Counted from the first letter of the stretch, positions 26,936-37,292 are shown. The stretch: 64,000 bases of DNA from Candidatus Onstottus arcticum (GCA_038040485.1 JBBPIE010000001.1:152014-216013), one strand, 5' to 3'. A program made the numbers and translations. Notes: generated by a model not told the origin, from the letters alone.

Positions 26936-29896
26936 TTAGAACGTGAACTTCACGGCAAGCTGCACTTGTCTGGGGTCCCCGACTCCCTGTCTCAGGAAGC
27001 CGTCGAAGTTGAACAGCCCCGGAGTGGTCAGCGGGTTCACGTTGTTGTCGTTGTTAAACGTGTTGAACATTTCGAACGTAGGCGTCAGCGCCATTCGCTC
27101 TCCTAACTTGAACGGCCGCAGCAAGCGCCAGTCAAACGAAAAGTACTTGTTGTCCTTGCGATCGGTGTTGCGATTGGTCGCAGTGCGGGCGCCGGGCGTG
27201 ATTGGTTGAGCCGACCGAGCCTGAATCCGTCCGCTGACCTGGAAGCTGTGTCCCAGCTCGGCGTACGAGTAGAGGTTGAACTTGTGACGGATGTCGCGAT
27301 CCGACAAGGCATAGTCAAGCGATAGGTTGTTGATATCGAACGCGCGGTCCGTGAACGGATCGCGCTCATTCGAGTCGTCGTCCAGATCCTTTGAAACGAC
27401 GTAGTTGCCTTCGAGTTGAAAGCGATCGCTGAATCGTTTCCGGATCCCGATTGTGAACCCGCGATAGAGCGACTTGCCCGGGCTGCCTGTAACCATCACT
27501 TCGCCCAGGTCAGGACCGAAGATCGGGTTTCCGCTTCCGTCAAGCTTGCGATTGAAGTTCAGGAAGCGGGTCAGGTGGACGCCTTTTGCATGCGTGAAGT
27601 CGAGATAGAAAGCCCAGTTCGGAGCGATCTCCTGTTCATAGGCTACGTTGGTTGTGTAGATCCGCGGGTTGGCATAGTCCCGGCTGAAGACGCGAACTCC
27701 GCTAAAGCATGGGAACGGGTTTGAACCGCAGCTCTGTGCAGTAGGCACGACCACTCCCGGCCAGGTCGGCAGGATTGTCGGATTTGCAAATAGGCCGCCG
27801 GCGATGGTTTGCTGCTGAACGCCGTTCGTCGTGATCGAACCGACCTGCGACAGCATATTCTGCCGGGCGCTGTAGATTCCCCAACTGGCTCGCAGCACCG
27901 ACTTGCCGGCCCCTCTCAAATCCCAGGCGAATCCAACCCGAGGCTGAAACATCTTCTTCTGATTGGGCAGCGTTCCATCGGACGGGAACCTGGGATCATT
28001 CAAGAATTTGCCATACGCGGTCTGAGCAGGCGCGACACTCGGGTCCGGGAATATCTGGGCTTCCCATCTTAGCCCGTAGTTCAAAGTGAAGTTCGGCTTA
28101 ATTTGCCACTTGTCCTGAACGAACAGTGCGTATTCTTCGTTGTCGATCGTCGACGCGCCGGCGGCGTCGGTCGCTGGCCCGGACGGCCCCGCGCCCTGCA
28201 AGTAGAGCAGGAGGTGTGCGCCATTTGCACTTGGACCAAACCCGGGGCCAAGCCCTGGTGACGCGTAGCGCAAGAAGCCGGTCACGCTGTCGAACAGATA
28301 GCGTCCTTGGAAGAACCCGCGGAAGATCTGATCGTTGAGTGTGTGCAGCCATTCGCCGCCGAACTTGTAGGTGTGCGTGCCCGAGACGATCGCGAAACTG
28401 TCTCTGAGTTGCGTGCGCCAGATCAACTCGTCCACGTTGGGTCCCAGAAAGAACGGATTGCCGAAACGGAAGTCAGGCGCGAATCCAATGCCGGTGTCGG
28501 CCCCGAGGTTCGACGGAGTGGCCGAGCGCGGACGCGATTCTCGCGCGTATGTGAAGTGCGCCTCGTTGAGCTTCGTCGGTGAAAACGAGCTGAACAGGTT
28601 CAGGTTGAACACGTTGATTTTCGACGGACCCTCGGTCCCGTTCGCCGAAGTACCGTAGGTTGCAACGTCAAAGGTCTGGTTCTCATTCTTCGAATAGTTG
28701 AAGTTGTGAGACGCGGTAAGCTTGTTGGTGGTGGAAAGCTCCCAGTCGAGCTTGCTCAGCACTCCCCCGTTCCGGATCGGGTGCTTGACTGGCAGGCCTT
28801 CGTTCTGGCTCAGCCTCGCCGAAAAGAAGTTTATGAGAGCGACGCGCTGACAGTCGGCGTTGCTGTCTATCAGCGCTTCGTTTCCGGTAATCGTAGGAGC
28901 GGAAACCGGACACGGGGTGCCAATTGCCTCGCTCAAATTGGCGCGGGTCAGATTGGAAATAATTCCCTCGGCCGCGACGAAGAAGAACACCTTGTCCTTG
29001 CGAATGGGCCCGCCGATGGTTCCTCCGAACTGCTCGCGGTGAAAGTCGGTGAGCGACTTGCCGTCCGACGTATTGGCGCTCAAGCTTTCCAGGCGCTGAA
29101 AGTAAAAGAGGCTGCCGTGAAAACTGTTGGTGCCCGACTTCGTGATCACATTGACGATGCCGCCTGCAGTGCGTCCAAACTCCGCGCTGGCACCGGTTGC
29201 GATTACCTGGAACTCCTTGACGGCATCGAGCGGAATGTCCATCGCGGCTCGCTGGCCCCCGGCTTGTTCGCCAAAGAACCCGTTGTTGTAGTCGCCGCCG
29301 TCCAGGCTGATGTTGTTGAATATCCCGCGCTGCCCGGCGAAGTTGATCTCGTCACCGTCGGGTCCTTGAGTTATGCTTACTCCCGGTGTCAGAGTGAGCA
29401 GGTCTTCGAACTTCCTTCCGAGAATCGGCAAGTTACTGACCGCTCGTTCGTTGAGCGTCGTGCTGGACTCAGTCTTGACCGTGTCGATTGTGGGCGCGGC
29501 GGTGATGGTTATCTTCTCTTCCAGCCGCGAGACTTTCATGTTCAGGCTTAGACTAATGGTCTGGCCGACAGTGAGATCGAGATTCTCCTGAACCAAAGTA
29601 GCGAAACCTTGCTTCGAGACCGTCAACAGATACCGGCCAGGTTGCAGTTGGAGAAACACGAACCGGCCCGACGAGTCGCTGGGGAGGCTGCGGGTGAAGT
29701 TCGTGTCCGGGTTTTTGACTTCAACGTTTGCCGCGGGTAACACCGCGCTGGATTCATCCAGCACCGTTCCCTGAATTACTCCGGTGGTTGTCTGAGTCTG
29801 CGCTCTCGCGCCGATACCAAGTGCAAGAAGCAAAACCAGGCAAAAGGTGCCTCGCCAAAACGATCTGTCCATCCTTGTTATCCCTCCAATTGTCAA
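26936..29896 (-). CDS. TonB-dependent outer-membrane receptor with N-terminal carboxypeptidase-regulatory-like domain
   Basis: Signal peptide. CarboxypepD_reg-like TGVIQGTVLDESSAVLPAANVEVKNPDTNFTRSLPSDSSGRFVFLQLQPGRYLLTV. Plug region. Long beta-barrel ending in the aromatic residue ...VKFTF. Confidence 0.85.
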   Translation of the reverse strand: MTIGGITRMDRSFWRGTFCLVLLLALGIGARAQTQTTTGVIQGTVLDESSAVLPAANVEVKNPDTNFTRSLPSDSSGRFVFLQLQPGRYLLTVSKQGFATLVQENLDLTVGQTISLSLNMKVSRLEEKITITAAPTIDTVKTESSTTLNERAVSNLPILGRKFEDLLTLTPGVSITQGPDGDEINFAGQRGIFNNISLDGGDYNNGFFGEQAGGQRAAMDIPLDAVKEFQVIATGASAEFGRTAGGIVNVITKSGTNSFHGSLFYFQRLESLSANTSDGKSLTDFHREQFGGTIGGPIRKDKVFFFVAAEGIISNLTRANLSEAIGTPCPVSAPTITGNEALIDSNADCQRVALINFFSARLSQNEGLPVKHPIRNGGVLSKLDWELSTTNKLTASHNFNYSKNENQTFDVATYGTSANGTEGPSKINVFNLNLFSSFSPTKLNEAHFTYARESRPRSATPSNLGADTGIGFAPDFRFGNPFFLGPNVDELIWRTQLRDSFAIVSGTHTYKFGGEWLHTLNDQIFRGFFQGRYLFDSVTGFLRYASPGLGPGFGPSANGAHLLLYLQGAGPSGPATDAAGASTIDNEEYALFVQDKWQIKPNFTLNYGLRWEAQIFPDPSVAPAQTAYGKFLNDPRFPSDGTLPNQKKMFQPRVGFAWDLRGAGKSVLRASWGIYSARQNMLSQVGSITTNGVQQQTIAGGLFANPTILPTWPGVVVPTAQSCGSNPFPCFSGVRVFSRDYANPRIYTTNVAYEQEIAPNWAFYLDFTHAKGVHLTRFLNFNRKLDGSGNPIFGPDLGEVMVTGSPGKSLYRGFTIGIRKRFSDRFQLEGNYVVSKDLDDDSNERDPFTDRAFDINNLSLDYALSDRDIRHKFNLYSYAELGHSFQVSGRIQARSAQPITPGARTATNRNTDRKDNKYFSFDWRLLRPFKLGERMALTPTFEMFNTFNNDNNVNPLTTPGLFNFDGFLRQGVGDPRQVQLAVKFTF

Positions 29897-30175
29897 AGGT
29901 AAGAAGCGACGCCCAATGGGCTGTCGTTTCTATAAAACAGAGCGGCTTCAAAGTCAACAAATAGTATGCGAAGCGCTGCATGACTTCTTGCAAAACACAC
30001 GTTTTCCTTCGGTTGGCGACCGATAGTTACTCTTTTCGCGCGCAGACAACGCCTGCTCCACGTTGTGTCAGATTGCGCTCGACCATCACGTCGTGGCTGC
30101 TCCCAGTGAGTGCGGCTCAAGCCGGACACGGAAAAGAGCGCCCCCGATTGTTGCCGCGAAGGATGGCAGGCTCCA

Positions 30176-30865
30176 ATGATTCTCGCTTTCATCGCAATAT
30201 TAGTTGTGCTGGCGGCCGCCGCTTCCGTGATGTATCTCCTGAAGCGCAACAATCCTGATCCCAGGTGCGCTCCCGCGCTCGAACCGCCGGTGCAACGGGG
30301 GTTGTTCGATCATTCCGTCAAGAACGCCGAGCAAACGGAACTCCTGGCAGCAGACGAGGCTTTCGAGCGCCGGGCGGCATTGACGAAACGCGCCGCTGCC
30401 GGCGAGGCTGCGGCACTGCTCGACGCTCACGAGTTGAACGATGCGAAGCTCTGCCGCGAAGTGCTTGACGCGCTGGTGGAGCAAGCTGCGACTCGGCGGG
30501 AAACTCTAAGCGCGCTCGTATCGCTGGTTGCTTCAAGCAACGGCCTGCGAGCGAACATCCGAATGGCCGAGCTTGTGATCGAAGCGTGGAAGAACGAGCC
30601 AACCAGTCGCGGGACTGCTGATACCCTGCACATAGCGGCGCTGTCCGATGATGCGACAACCTATCAAGCAGCGGTTGAGCTGGTCAGTGAGTACTCGCGC
30701 AGCGGAAGGCTCCCCCAGGTATCCGCCGCCGATTTGATCGCTCTCGCCGAGAGCCAGTACTGGGTGCTTTCTTCGGAAGCGAGGAGTTCGGGCGCGGGCT
30801 TTGCCTTGAAGCAAAGACTCGCCCGTGTTCGCCGTGAACTGACCGCGGCGACATCCACACGGTAA
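30176..30865 (+). CDS. Hypothetical membrane-anchored alpha-helical protein
   Basis: Start at ATG 30176 gives N-terminal TM MILAFIAILVVLAAAASVMYLL. Remainder is A/E/L-rich. Abuts the SPFH gene. Confidence 0.5.
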   Translation: MILAFIAILVVLAAAASVMYLLKRNNPDPRCAPALEPPVQRGLFDHSVKNAEQTELLAADEAFERRAALTKRAAAGEAAALLDAHELNDAKLCREVLDALVEQAATRRETLSALVSLVASSNGLRANIRMAELVIEAWKNEPTSRGTADTLHIAALSDDATTYQAAVELVSEYSRSGRLPQVSAADLIALAESQYWVLSSEARSSGAGFALKQRLARVRRELTAATSTR

Positions 30866-30901
30866 GTGTGCGGCTCTAAGAGTCAGCCATCGAGGTTCAC
30901 C

Positions 30902-33100
30902 ATGCCAAACAGTTTCTCACCTTTTCTTCCCTTTGTTATCGCGGGCTTTGTCGCGCTGGTCGTGCTGGTTATCGTACTGCGCCGAATACTAGTCAACGTA
31001 GGCGCGCGAGAAATCGCCATCAAGGAGCGCCGGTATATCGGCGCAAAGATGCCGCCCGGGCGAGTCGTCGCCACTGAAGGCGAGGTCGGCATTCAGGCCA
31101 ACGTGCTCAAACCGGGCTTGCACTTGATCAGATGGCCGGTCGAGCGTGTGGTTCGCAAGGTTCCGCTGATCGAGATCGGCTCGGACGAGATGGGTCTGAT
31201 CGAAGCGGTAGACGGCGACCCGATGCCTCCTGGCAGAATCTTCGCGCCCGATCGCGCGCAGAACGCGCATAACAACTTTCAGGACCCGATCGCGTTCATC
31301 AAGGAGGGCGGCGTCAAAGGCATTCAGCTTCGCACACTGCCGCCAGGCTTGTGGCCGATTCATCCCTACCTGTTTCGTGTTTCGATCGCCAAGACGACGG
31401 TGATCCCGCAAGGTAGAGTCGGCATCGTCAGCAGCGCCGATGGCGCGCCGCTCGATCCCGGACGACTGCTCGCTAAAGCGATCGGGACTCATATGAACTT
31501 TCAGGACTCCGAACAGTTCATCGCTTCGGGCGGCCAAAAGGGGCCACAGGTCGAGATACTCACTCCGGGAACGTATCGTATCCTGACCGATTCGACTCCG
31601 ATCGACGGCGGCAATGAACGAAAGCCCGGGCTGTTCACGATGCGGCTTTATGACGCGACTGTGATCAGCGAGAACACGATCGGACTGGTCGAAGCGTTGG
31701 ACGGCGCGCCACTCGATCCGCGGGACTACGTCGCCACTCCGGTGGAGGGCCACGACAACTTCCAGGACGCCAATGAGTTCATCAAGAGCGGCGGACAGCG
31801 CGGCCCTCAAAAGGACATCCTTCTGCCAGGCACGTACTACATCAACCCGTTGCTCTTTAAAGTCATTCCCGAGACGGCGAAAGAGGTGAAGCCGGGCGAG
31901 GTGGCAGTCATTGTCTCAAACGTCGGCAAGGACCCGTCGGATGAGGTGCGCCGCGCGATGGCTCAGAAGGTTCGCGAGCGGCTCGACCGCGAAGAGCACG
32001 CGCACGTCACTCAAGTTGCGGCGCGTTTGGACAAGCTTGATACGGAGACGCGCACCGTCGAGGAGATCGAAGAGGATCTGACGCTTTCCGATCCCGCTGA
32101 TCGCCGGCTCGATGAAGGCGCGCACGAAGCTTACGTGGTACCCGCCGGCTATCGCGGGATCCAGGAGACGGTGGTCGGACCCGGCCGCTACTACGTAAAC
32201 ACGCTCGCGATCACGCCGATTGTAATACCTACGACGAATCAGACGGTCGAGTGGACAACCGGCGAAGTCGCAAACACGTTCAACCCGTTCGAGGTGATTT
32301 CGAAGGACGGCTTCACTATGCAGCTCGAAGTGCGCGTGGTTTTTCGAGTCAAGCCGAAGGACGCGCCGTTCATGGTGGCGAAGATCGGCTCGATCGAGAA
32401 GCTGATCCAAAACGTGATGCATCCGCTCATCGACTCGATCTTCCGCAACCAGGCTTCCGAGTCGTCTGCGATGGCTTACCTTCAAAACCGTCACGAAGAA
32501 CAGGAGCGCGCCGAAGCACGAGTGCGCGCGCACCTGCTCAAGTATCACGTCGATGTGGTCAACGTGCTGATCTGCCACATACGCCTGCCTGAAGAGCTGA
32601 TGAAGACTCAAACCGAGAAGATCCTGGCTGAGCAGAAACAAAGCATGTTCGACGCGCAGCGCGAGGCTGAGGAGAAGAGGATTCAGCTCGAGAAGACCAA
32701 GGCTCACGCCGACAATCAGCGCGACTTGATGGTAGCGACCGTGGGCGTCGAGATCGCCGGCAAGCGAGCCGAACAGCGTAAAGCTGAAGGCGAAGGCGAA
32801 GCTCACTACATTCTCGCCACCGGCAAAGCCGAAGCCGAGAAGGTTCGCTTGATGGGTGAAGCGCAGGGCGTGGCTTACTCCGAGCAGGTGAACGCGATTG
32901 GTCCGCAAGGAGTCGCGCTCATCGAGACGCTCAAGGTCATCGGCGAAAAAGGCGTCCGCATCACGCCCGACGTAATGGCATCCGGTGGTTCGGGCGACGG
33001 CGCGAGCGGCATTGGCACGCTTCTGCTGTTGAATTTGTTCCGCGACCGGTTGAGCCTGACACCGGGGACTGACAACGGCGCGCCCGCGAAGCAGAAGTAA
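30902..33100 (+). CDS. SPFH/band-7 (flotillin-like) protein with N-terminal TM helix and three tandem ~110-aa NFQD-containing repeats
   Basis: TM FLPFVIAGFVALVVLVIVL. Repeats each contain DG.P..PGR...H.NFQD..xFI..GG.KG.Q...L.PG.Y..P.LF. C-terminal SPFH core plus EA-rich coiled coil (flotillin-like: RAEQRKAEGEGEAHYILATGKAEAEKVRLMGEAQG). Confidence 0.7.
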   Translation: MPNSFSPFLPFVIAGFVALVVLVIVLRRILVNVGAREIAIKERRYIGAKMPPGRVVATEGEVGIQANVLKPGLHLIRWPVERVVRKVPLIEIGSDEMGLIEAVDGDPMPPGRIFAPDRAQNAHNNFQDPIAFIKEGGVKGIQLRTLPPGLWPIHPYLFRVSIAKTTVIPQGRVGIVSSADGAPLDPGRLLAKAIGTHMNFQDSEQFIASGGQKGPQVEILTPGTYRILTDSTPIDGGNERKPGLFTMRLYDATVISENTIGLVEALDGAPLDPRDYVATPVEGHDNFQDANEFIKSGGQRGPQKDILLPGTYYINPLLFKVIPETAKEVKPGEVAVIVSNVGKDPSDEVRRAMAQKVRERLDREEHAHVTQVAARLDKLDTETRTVEEIEEDLTLSDPADRRLDEGAHEAYVVPAGYRGIQETVVGPGRYYVNTLAITPIVIPTTNQTVEWTTGEVANTFNPFEVISKDGFTMQLEVRVVFRVKPKDAPFMVAKIGSIEKLIQNVMHPLIDSIFRNQASESSAMAYLQNRHEEQERAEARVRAHLLKYHVDVVNVLICHIRLPEELMKTQTEKILAEQKQSMFDAQREAEEKRIQLEKTKAHADNQRDLMVATVGVEIAGKRAEQRKAEGEGEAHYILATGKAEAEKVRLMGEAQGVAYSEQVNAIGPQGVALIETLKVIGEKGVRITPDVMASGGSGDGASGIGTLLLLNLFRDRLSLTPGTDNGAPAKQK

Positions 33101-33366
33101 CCGCGGCCGGAAAGGGCCGCGCTCTCAGGAACCGTTCGGCGGCTTGCTTCGTGCAGGCCGCCGAGCATCATCTCTTAGAAACTCGCTTCGCCAGCGCTCC
33201 GATCCCCTCGATTTCAAATTTATTGCTTAACCTCACCGCTCGCGATTATAATTGCCTGTCTCCGAATCCTTTCGCAGTAGAAACTCTGACTGTATTCGAT
33301 CAGCCTCACTGAGCCACACGCAACCCGTTGCGCCGGCTTTGACAATCGCGAGATAGAGGTAAGCAG

Positions 33367-35025
33367 ATGAAGAAGGTCTTGTCATTCGGGATTCTCGTGA
33401 CCCTGCTCTCGGCGTGGGCAGTGCCGAGTTATCCCGTTTACTCCCAACCCCGGCAGCCGGGCGACCAGTACGTCGATGATCAGATACTCGTCAAGTTCAA
33501 AGCCGACGCTGATCTTGCCTCCGACGCCGAAGAACTAGCCGACGAGATCTTTCAAGTGCGCGGCGCACACGCCGAAGCGCTATCAGCACGTGGCCGGAGT
33601 TCTCAACTGGTTCACTTGAATGGAAGGCTGTCCGTTGACGAAGCCGTTCAGCGCGCCAAAGCCGATCCGCGGGTCGAATACGCTGAACCCAACTACCTCG
33701 TGCAAACCGGCCAGACGATACCCAACGACCCGTCATTCAGTCAGATGTGGGGCCTTTCCAATGCCGGATGTCCCGGCTGCGTGGCTGTCCACATCGACGC
33801 GACCAGAGCGTGGGACATTTCTAAAGGAAGCGACGACGTTGTGGCAGTGGTTTTGGACACGGGAGTGGACATCGCGCACGAGGACCTCGCGCCGAACGTC
33901 TGGGTTAACCCTCGCGAGATCGCGGGCAACGGCGTGGACGATGACGGCAACGGTTTCGTGGATGACGTGAACGGTTGGAATTTCCGTGACAAGACAAACC
34001 AGGTCTTCATATCGTCGAGCGAGGACCTTCACGGCACTCATGTGGCAGGCACGATCGGAGCTCTCGGGAACAACGGGAAAGGTGTCACCGGAGTGGCGTG
34101 GCATGTGAAGCTGATGTCTCTGAAGTTTTTGGGTGGGCCCGAGGGTAAGGGCTCGACTGGAAACGCGATCAAGGGAATCAACTACGCGATCGATCAGCGC
34201 AATCGAGGCATCAATGTAACAGTCATCAACGCGAGCTGGGGCGGCTCGGGCAGTTCGCAATCGCTGCAGGACGCGATAACGGCAGCCGGAAACGCGGGCA
34301 TCCTGTTTGTGTGCTCGGCTGGCAACAACGGCACCGACGTGGCCGAGGATCCGGAGTTCCCTTCGGGATTTGGCGCGCTGCCAACGTGCCTGTCAGTGGC
34401 GGCGATGGATTTTTTTGACAACCTGGCTTTGTTTTCAAGCTTCGGGCATTCCGCGGTTGGAGTCGCGGCACCCGGTCTTAGCATCCTCAGCACGTCGCCT
34501 CGGAACCAGTTTTCACCCAACGGGGGATACGCAACGTTGAGCGGCACATCGATGTCAGCGCCTCACGTCACAGGAATAGCGGTGCTGTTGTGGTCGCTCG
34601 AACCGTCGCTGTCGCCCGCCGAAGTAAAGCAGCGCATCGTTTCTACTTCGGAACCGATACCGGCTCTCGCGTCCAGGGTCGCGAACTCCGGCCGGGCAAA
34701 CGCTTTTTACGCTTTAACAAGGCGAACAGCGCCGCCTCGAAGCCCGATTATTACCAGAGTGGATTTCACAAAGAAGTTTGTAACTCTGGATGGGCTCGGC
34801 TTCGTGAACGGCGCGACGGTCATCGAGGTCAACGGCGTGGCACTTCCCACGGTTGAGTACGAGGCTTCGTATACACTTTCAAACGGGACGTTTACGCGGA
34901 TATCATCGAAGCTCGGCACGAAACCGATGAAAAAGACCTTCCCGAAAGGTCAGTTTGTTGGGGTCACGGTCTTCAACCCGGCTACCGGCGAGCGCTCAGT
35001 GCAGTTCACAACAGCGAGATTCTAG
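33367..35025 (+). CDS. Secreted subtilisin-like serine peptidase (S8) with I9-like propeptide
   Basis: DTGVDIAHEDL, HGTHVAGTIGA and GTSMSAPHVTGIAVLL catalytic motifs. Signal peptide. Confidence 0.9.
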   Translation: MKKVLSFGILVTLLSAWAVPSYPVYSQPRQPGDQYVDDQILVKFKADADLASDAEELADEIFQVRGAHAEALSARGRSSQLVHLNGRLSVDEAVQRAKADPRVEYAEPNYLVQTGQTIPNDPSFSQMWGLSNAGCPGCVAVHIDATRAWDISKGSDDVVAVVLDTGVDIAHEDLAPNVWVNPREIAGNGVDDDGNGFVDDVNGWNFRDKTNQVFISSSEDLHGTHVAGTIGALGNNGKGVTGVAWHVKLMSLKFLGGPEGKGSTGNAIKGINYAIDQRNRGINVTVINASWGGSGSSQSLQDAITAAGNAGILFVCSAGNNGTDVAEDPEFPSGFGALPTCLSVAAMDFFDNLALFSSFGHSAVGVAAPGLSILSTSPRNQFSPNGGYATLSGTSMSAPHVTGIAVLLWSLEPSLSPAEVKQRIVSTSEPIPALASRVANSGRANAFYALTRRTAPPRSPIITRVDFTKKFVTLDGLGFVNGATVIEVNGVALPTVEYEASYTLSNGTFTRISSKLGTKPMKKTFPKGQFVGVTVFNPATGERSVQFTTARF

Positions 35026-35097
35026 CGCCGCAAGCTTGAGTCCGTGCCTTTGCGTGTTGACCTCTAAGCCTTATCCCAACGGGATTCCATCTCCTAG

Positions 35098-35343
35098 CCC
35101 AAGGTTGCCGTACTCGGCTACCTTGGGTTGGCTGATCGCGATGCGTTCAAACCCCAACGGGGTTGCGGCACTCGCAGCCAGGATGATGAACAATTAGACC
35201 ATGGCAGTTCTACCTGCTACCGTCGGCTGCAACGTCTTCGAGGTTGGCACACGACCGACCCGACCTCGGGACCGGCACCGTCACCCAAGGTAGCCGAGTA
35301 CGGCAACCTTGGGCTGCGAGTCGCAACCCCTTCGGGGTAGGCT
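35098..35343. repeat. Nested inverted-repeat / multi-hairpin structure upstream of thyA
   Basis: 31-nt perfect inverted repeat 35098-35128 vs 35283-35313; each arm is itself a hairpin (CCCAAGG...CCTTGGG). Adjacent module 35146-35178 (CCCCAACGGGG + TTGCGGCACTCGCAGC) is reverse-complementary to 35314-35343 (GCTGCGAGTCGCAA + CCCCTTCGGGG). Confidence 0.8.
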
Positions 35344-35390
35344 TGTCCGCCTGAGCGCCGTGCCAATAGAATACCCTCGCGATCAAAGCC

Positions 35391-36185
35391 ATGAAACAAT
35401 ACCTCGACTTGATGAAACACGTTCTCGATCACGGCGCGACCAGGCAAGATCGAACCGGAACGGGAACGCTGTCAGTCTTCGGTTATCAAACGAGGTTCGA
35501 CCTCGCCGAGGGCTTCCCGCTTCTTACCACCAAGAAGCTGCACGTCAAGTCGATCATCTACGAGTTGCTCTGGTTCTTGAGAGGCGATACGAATGTCCGC
35601 TACCTGAAAGAGCACGGCGTGAACATCTGGAATGAGTGGGCCGATGAGCAGGGCGAACTGGGGCCCGTGTACGGCTCGCAGTGGAGGTCGTGGCGCACCG
35701 CGGAGCGCGGATCGATCGACCAGATCACCGAAGTGATCGGCCAGATCAAGACTAACCCAAACTCACGCAGGTTGATGGTCACGGCGTGGAACCCGGGCGA
35801 ACTCTCCGAGATGAAGCTGCCGCCTTGCCACGCGCTCTTTCAGTTCTACGTCTCCCAGGGGAAGCTTTCGTGTCAGCTCTATCAACGCTCGGCCGACGTG
35901 TTTCTTGGCGTGCCGTTCAACATCGCGTCTTACGCGCTGCTGACTATGATGGTAGCTCGAGTGTGCGATCTCGAACCGGGAGAGTTTGTGCACACCTTCG
36001 GGGACGTTCACCTTTACTCGAATCACATCGAGCAGGCAAGGGAGCAGCTCACTCGTGAGCCTTTCGAGCTTCCGAAGATGAAGATCAATCCGGAGGTCCG
36101 GTCGATCTTCGAGTTCGACTATGCGGATTTCGAGCTTGTGGGCTACCGGGCTCATCCTCACATCAAAGCCGAGGTCGCGGTGTGA
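35391..36185 (+). CDS. thyA: Thymidylate synthase
   Basis: [31 protein letters not shown]...[11 protein letters not shown] is the classic ThyA sequence. Confidence 0.95.
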   Translation: MKQYLDLMKHVLDHGATRQDRTGTGTLSVFGYQTRFDLAEGFPLLTTKKLHVKSIIYELLWFLRGDTNVRYLKEHGVNIWNEWADEQGELGPVYGSQWRSWRTAERGSIDQITEVIGQIKTNPNSRRLMVTAWNPGELSEMKLPPCHALFQFYVSQGKLSCQLYQRSADVFLGVPFNIASYALLTMMVARVCDLEPGEFVHTFGDVHLYSNHIEQAREQLTREPFELPKMKINPEVRSIFEFDYADFELVGYRAHPHIKAEVAV

Positions 36186-36676
36186 TCATCTCATTGATCG
36201 TTGCAATGGACGAGAAGCGCGGAATCGGCAAAGCGGGCACGCTGCCCTGGCGGCTGTCTTCGGACCTGAAGCGGTTTCGCGAGCTGACGATGGGTCATCA
36301 CATCATCGTCGGCCGCAAGACTTTTGAATCGATCGGCAAGCCGCTGCCCGGCAGGCACACGATAGTCGTCACCCGAAGCGAGGCTCGCTATCCCGAAGGT
36401 TGCCTGGTCGCGCTTTCGGTCGAAGCTGCAATTCAACTCGCTCGCGAACGAGGCGAGACCGAAGCGTTCATCTGCGGAGGCGCGGCGATCTACTGCGGCG
36501 CGCTTGCTGTTGCTGATCGGTTGTATGTAACCGTGGTGCAGGCTTCGGTTGACGCCGACGTGTTCTTTCCGCATATCGATGACGCAGCCTGGGTCGAGAA
36601 GGAAAGCGAAAGCCACAACGCTGACGAGAAGAATCAATACCCATTCACGTTCAAGCTGCTAGAGAAGAAGGAGTGA
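36182..36676 (+). CDS. folA: Dihydrofolate reductase
   Basis: [50 protein letters not shown] start overlapping the thyA stop (GTGA). Confidence 0.9.
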   Translation: MIISLIVAMDEKRGIGKAGTLPWRLSSDLKRFRELTMGHHIIVGRKTFESIGKPLPGRHTIVVTRSEARYPEGCLVALSVEAAIQLARERGETEAFICGGAAIYCGALAVADRLYVTVVQASVDADVFFPHIDDAAWVEKESESHNADEKNQYPFTFKLLEKKE

Positions 36677-36722
36677 TCGCTGGTGGGAGCGCGCAGTCCC
36701 GGCAGCTGCTCGTACTTAGTCG

Positions 36723-37172
36723 ATGATCGAACTCAAGATAAAACTGCTTGATCCCGATGGTACGTTGCCGCGCTATCAGCACGAAGGCGACGCGGGCCTC
36801 GACTTGTCGAGCCGTGTTGACCTGACGCTTCAGCCGGGCGATCGAGCTACGGTTCCGACGGGCATCGCGGTGGCGATACCGGGCGGCTACGCGGGGTTTG
36901 TGTTGCCTCGCAGCGGGCTTGCAGCGCGCCACGGAATCGCGCTGGTGAACTCGCCCGGGTTGATCGATGCTGGTTATCGTGGCGAGGTAGCCATCGTCAT
37001 GATCAACACCGACAAGAACGAAGCGTTTCACATCAAGTGCGGCGACCGCATCGCCCAGTTGGTACTGCAACAAGTCGTTGAAGCTACGACCGTCGAAGTC
37101 GAAGAGCTGGATGAAACGTCGCGCGGCTCGGGCGGCTTCGGAAGCACCGGCACTTCGAAAGGGCGTGAGTGA
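36723..37172 (+). CDS. dut: dUTP diphosphatase
   Basis: dUTPase motifs AGLDL, PRSGLA, GLIDAGYRGE and the C-terminal RGSGGFGSTG. Confidence 0.92.
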   Translation: MIELKIKLLDPDGTLPRYQHEGDAGLDLSSRVDLTLQPGDRATVPTGIAVAIPGGYAGFVLPRSGLAARHGIALVNSPGLIDAGYRGEVAIVMINTDKNEAFHIKCGDRIAQLVLQQVVEATTVEVEELDETSRGSGGFGSTGTSKGRE

Positions 37173-37198
37173 TTTCCCTCTGGCGCCTGGTTGGCAAG

Positions 37199-37260
37199 CA
37201 ATTTTGGATTTTAGATTTTGGATTTTGGATTAGCGGAATGGCCTGTTTCACAGGCCCTCG
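37199..37260. repeat. TTTTGGA(TTTTAGA) tandem-repeat half-element followed by a small hairpin
   Basis: aattttggattttagattttggattttggatt, then GGCCTGT-TTCAC-AGGCC. Same repeat unit as the full palindromic copy at 41578-41692. Confidence 0.75.
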
Positions 37261-37292
37261 GTTCAAAGCATCAAGCCAGGAGAGGAGACGAA

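Noticed and set aside
28706-29551. 281-aa plus-strand ORF within the TonB-dependent receptor gene
   Set aside because: Antisense to a 986-aa gene with clear domain architecture.
31916-32908. 330-aa minus-strand ORF inside the SPFH gene
   Set aside because: Antisense to a gene with recognisable SPFH/flotillin signature.
35128-35340. 70-aa ORF lying inside the nested inverted repeat upstream of thyA
   Set aside because: Entirely composed of the repeat arms. The frame is kept open by palindromic sequence rather than coding constraint.
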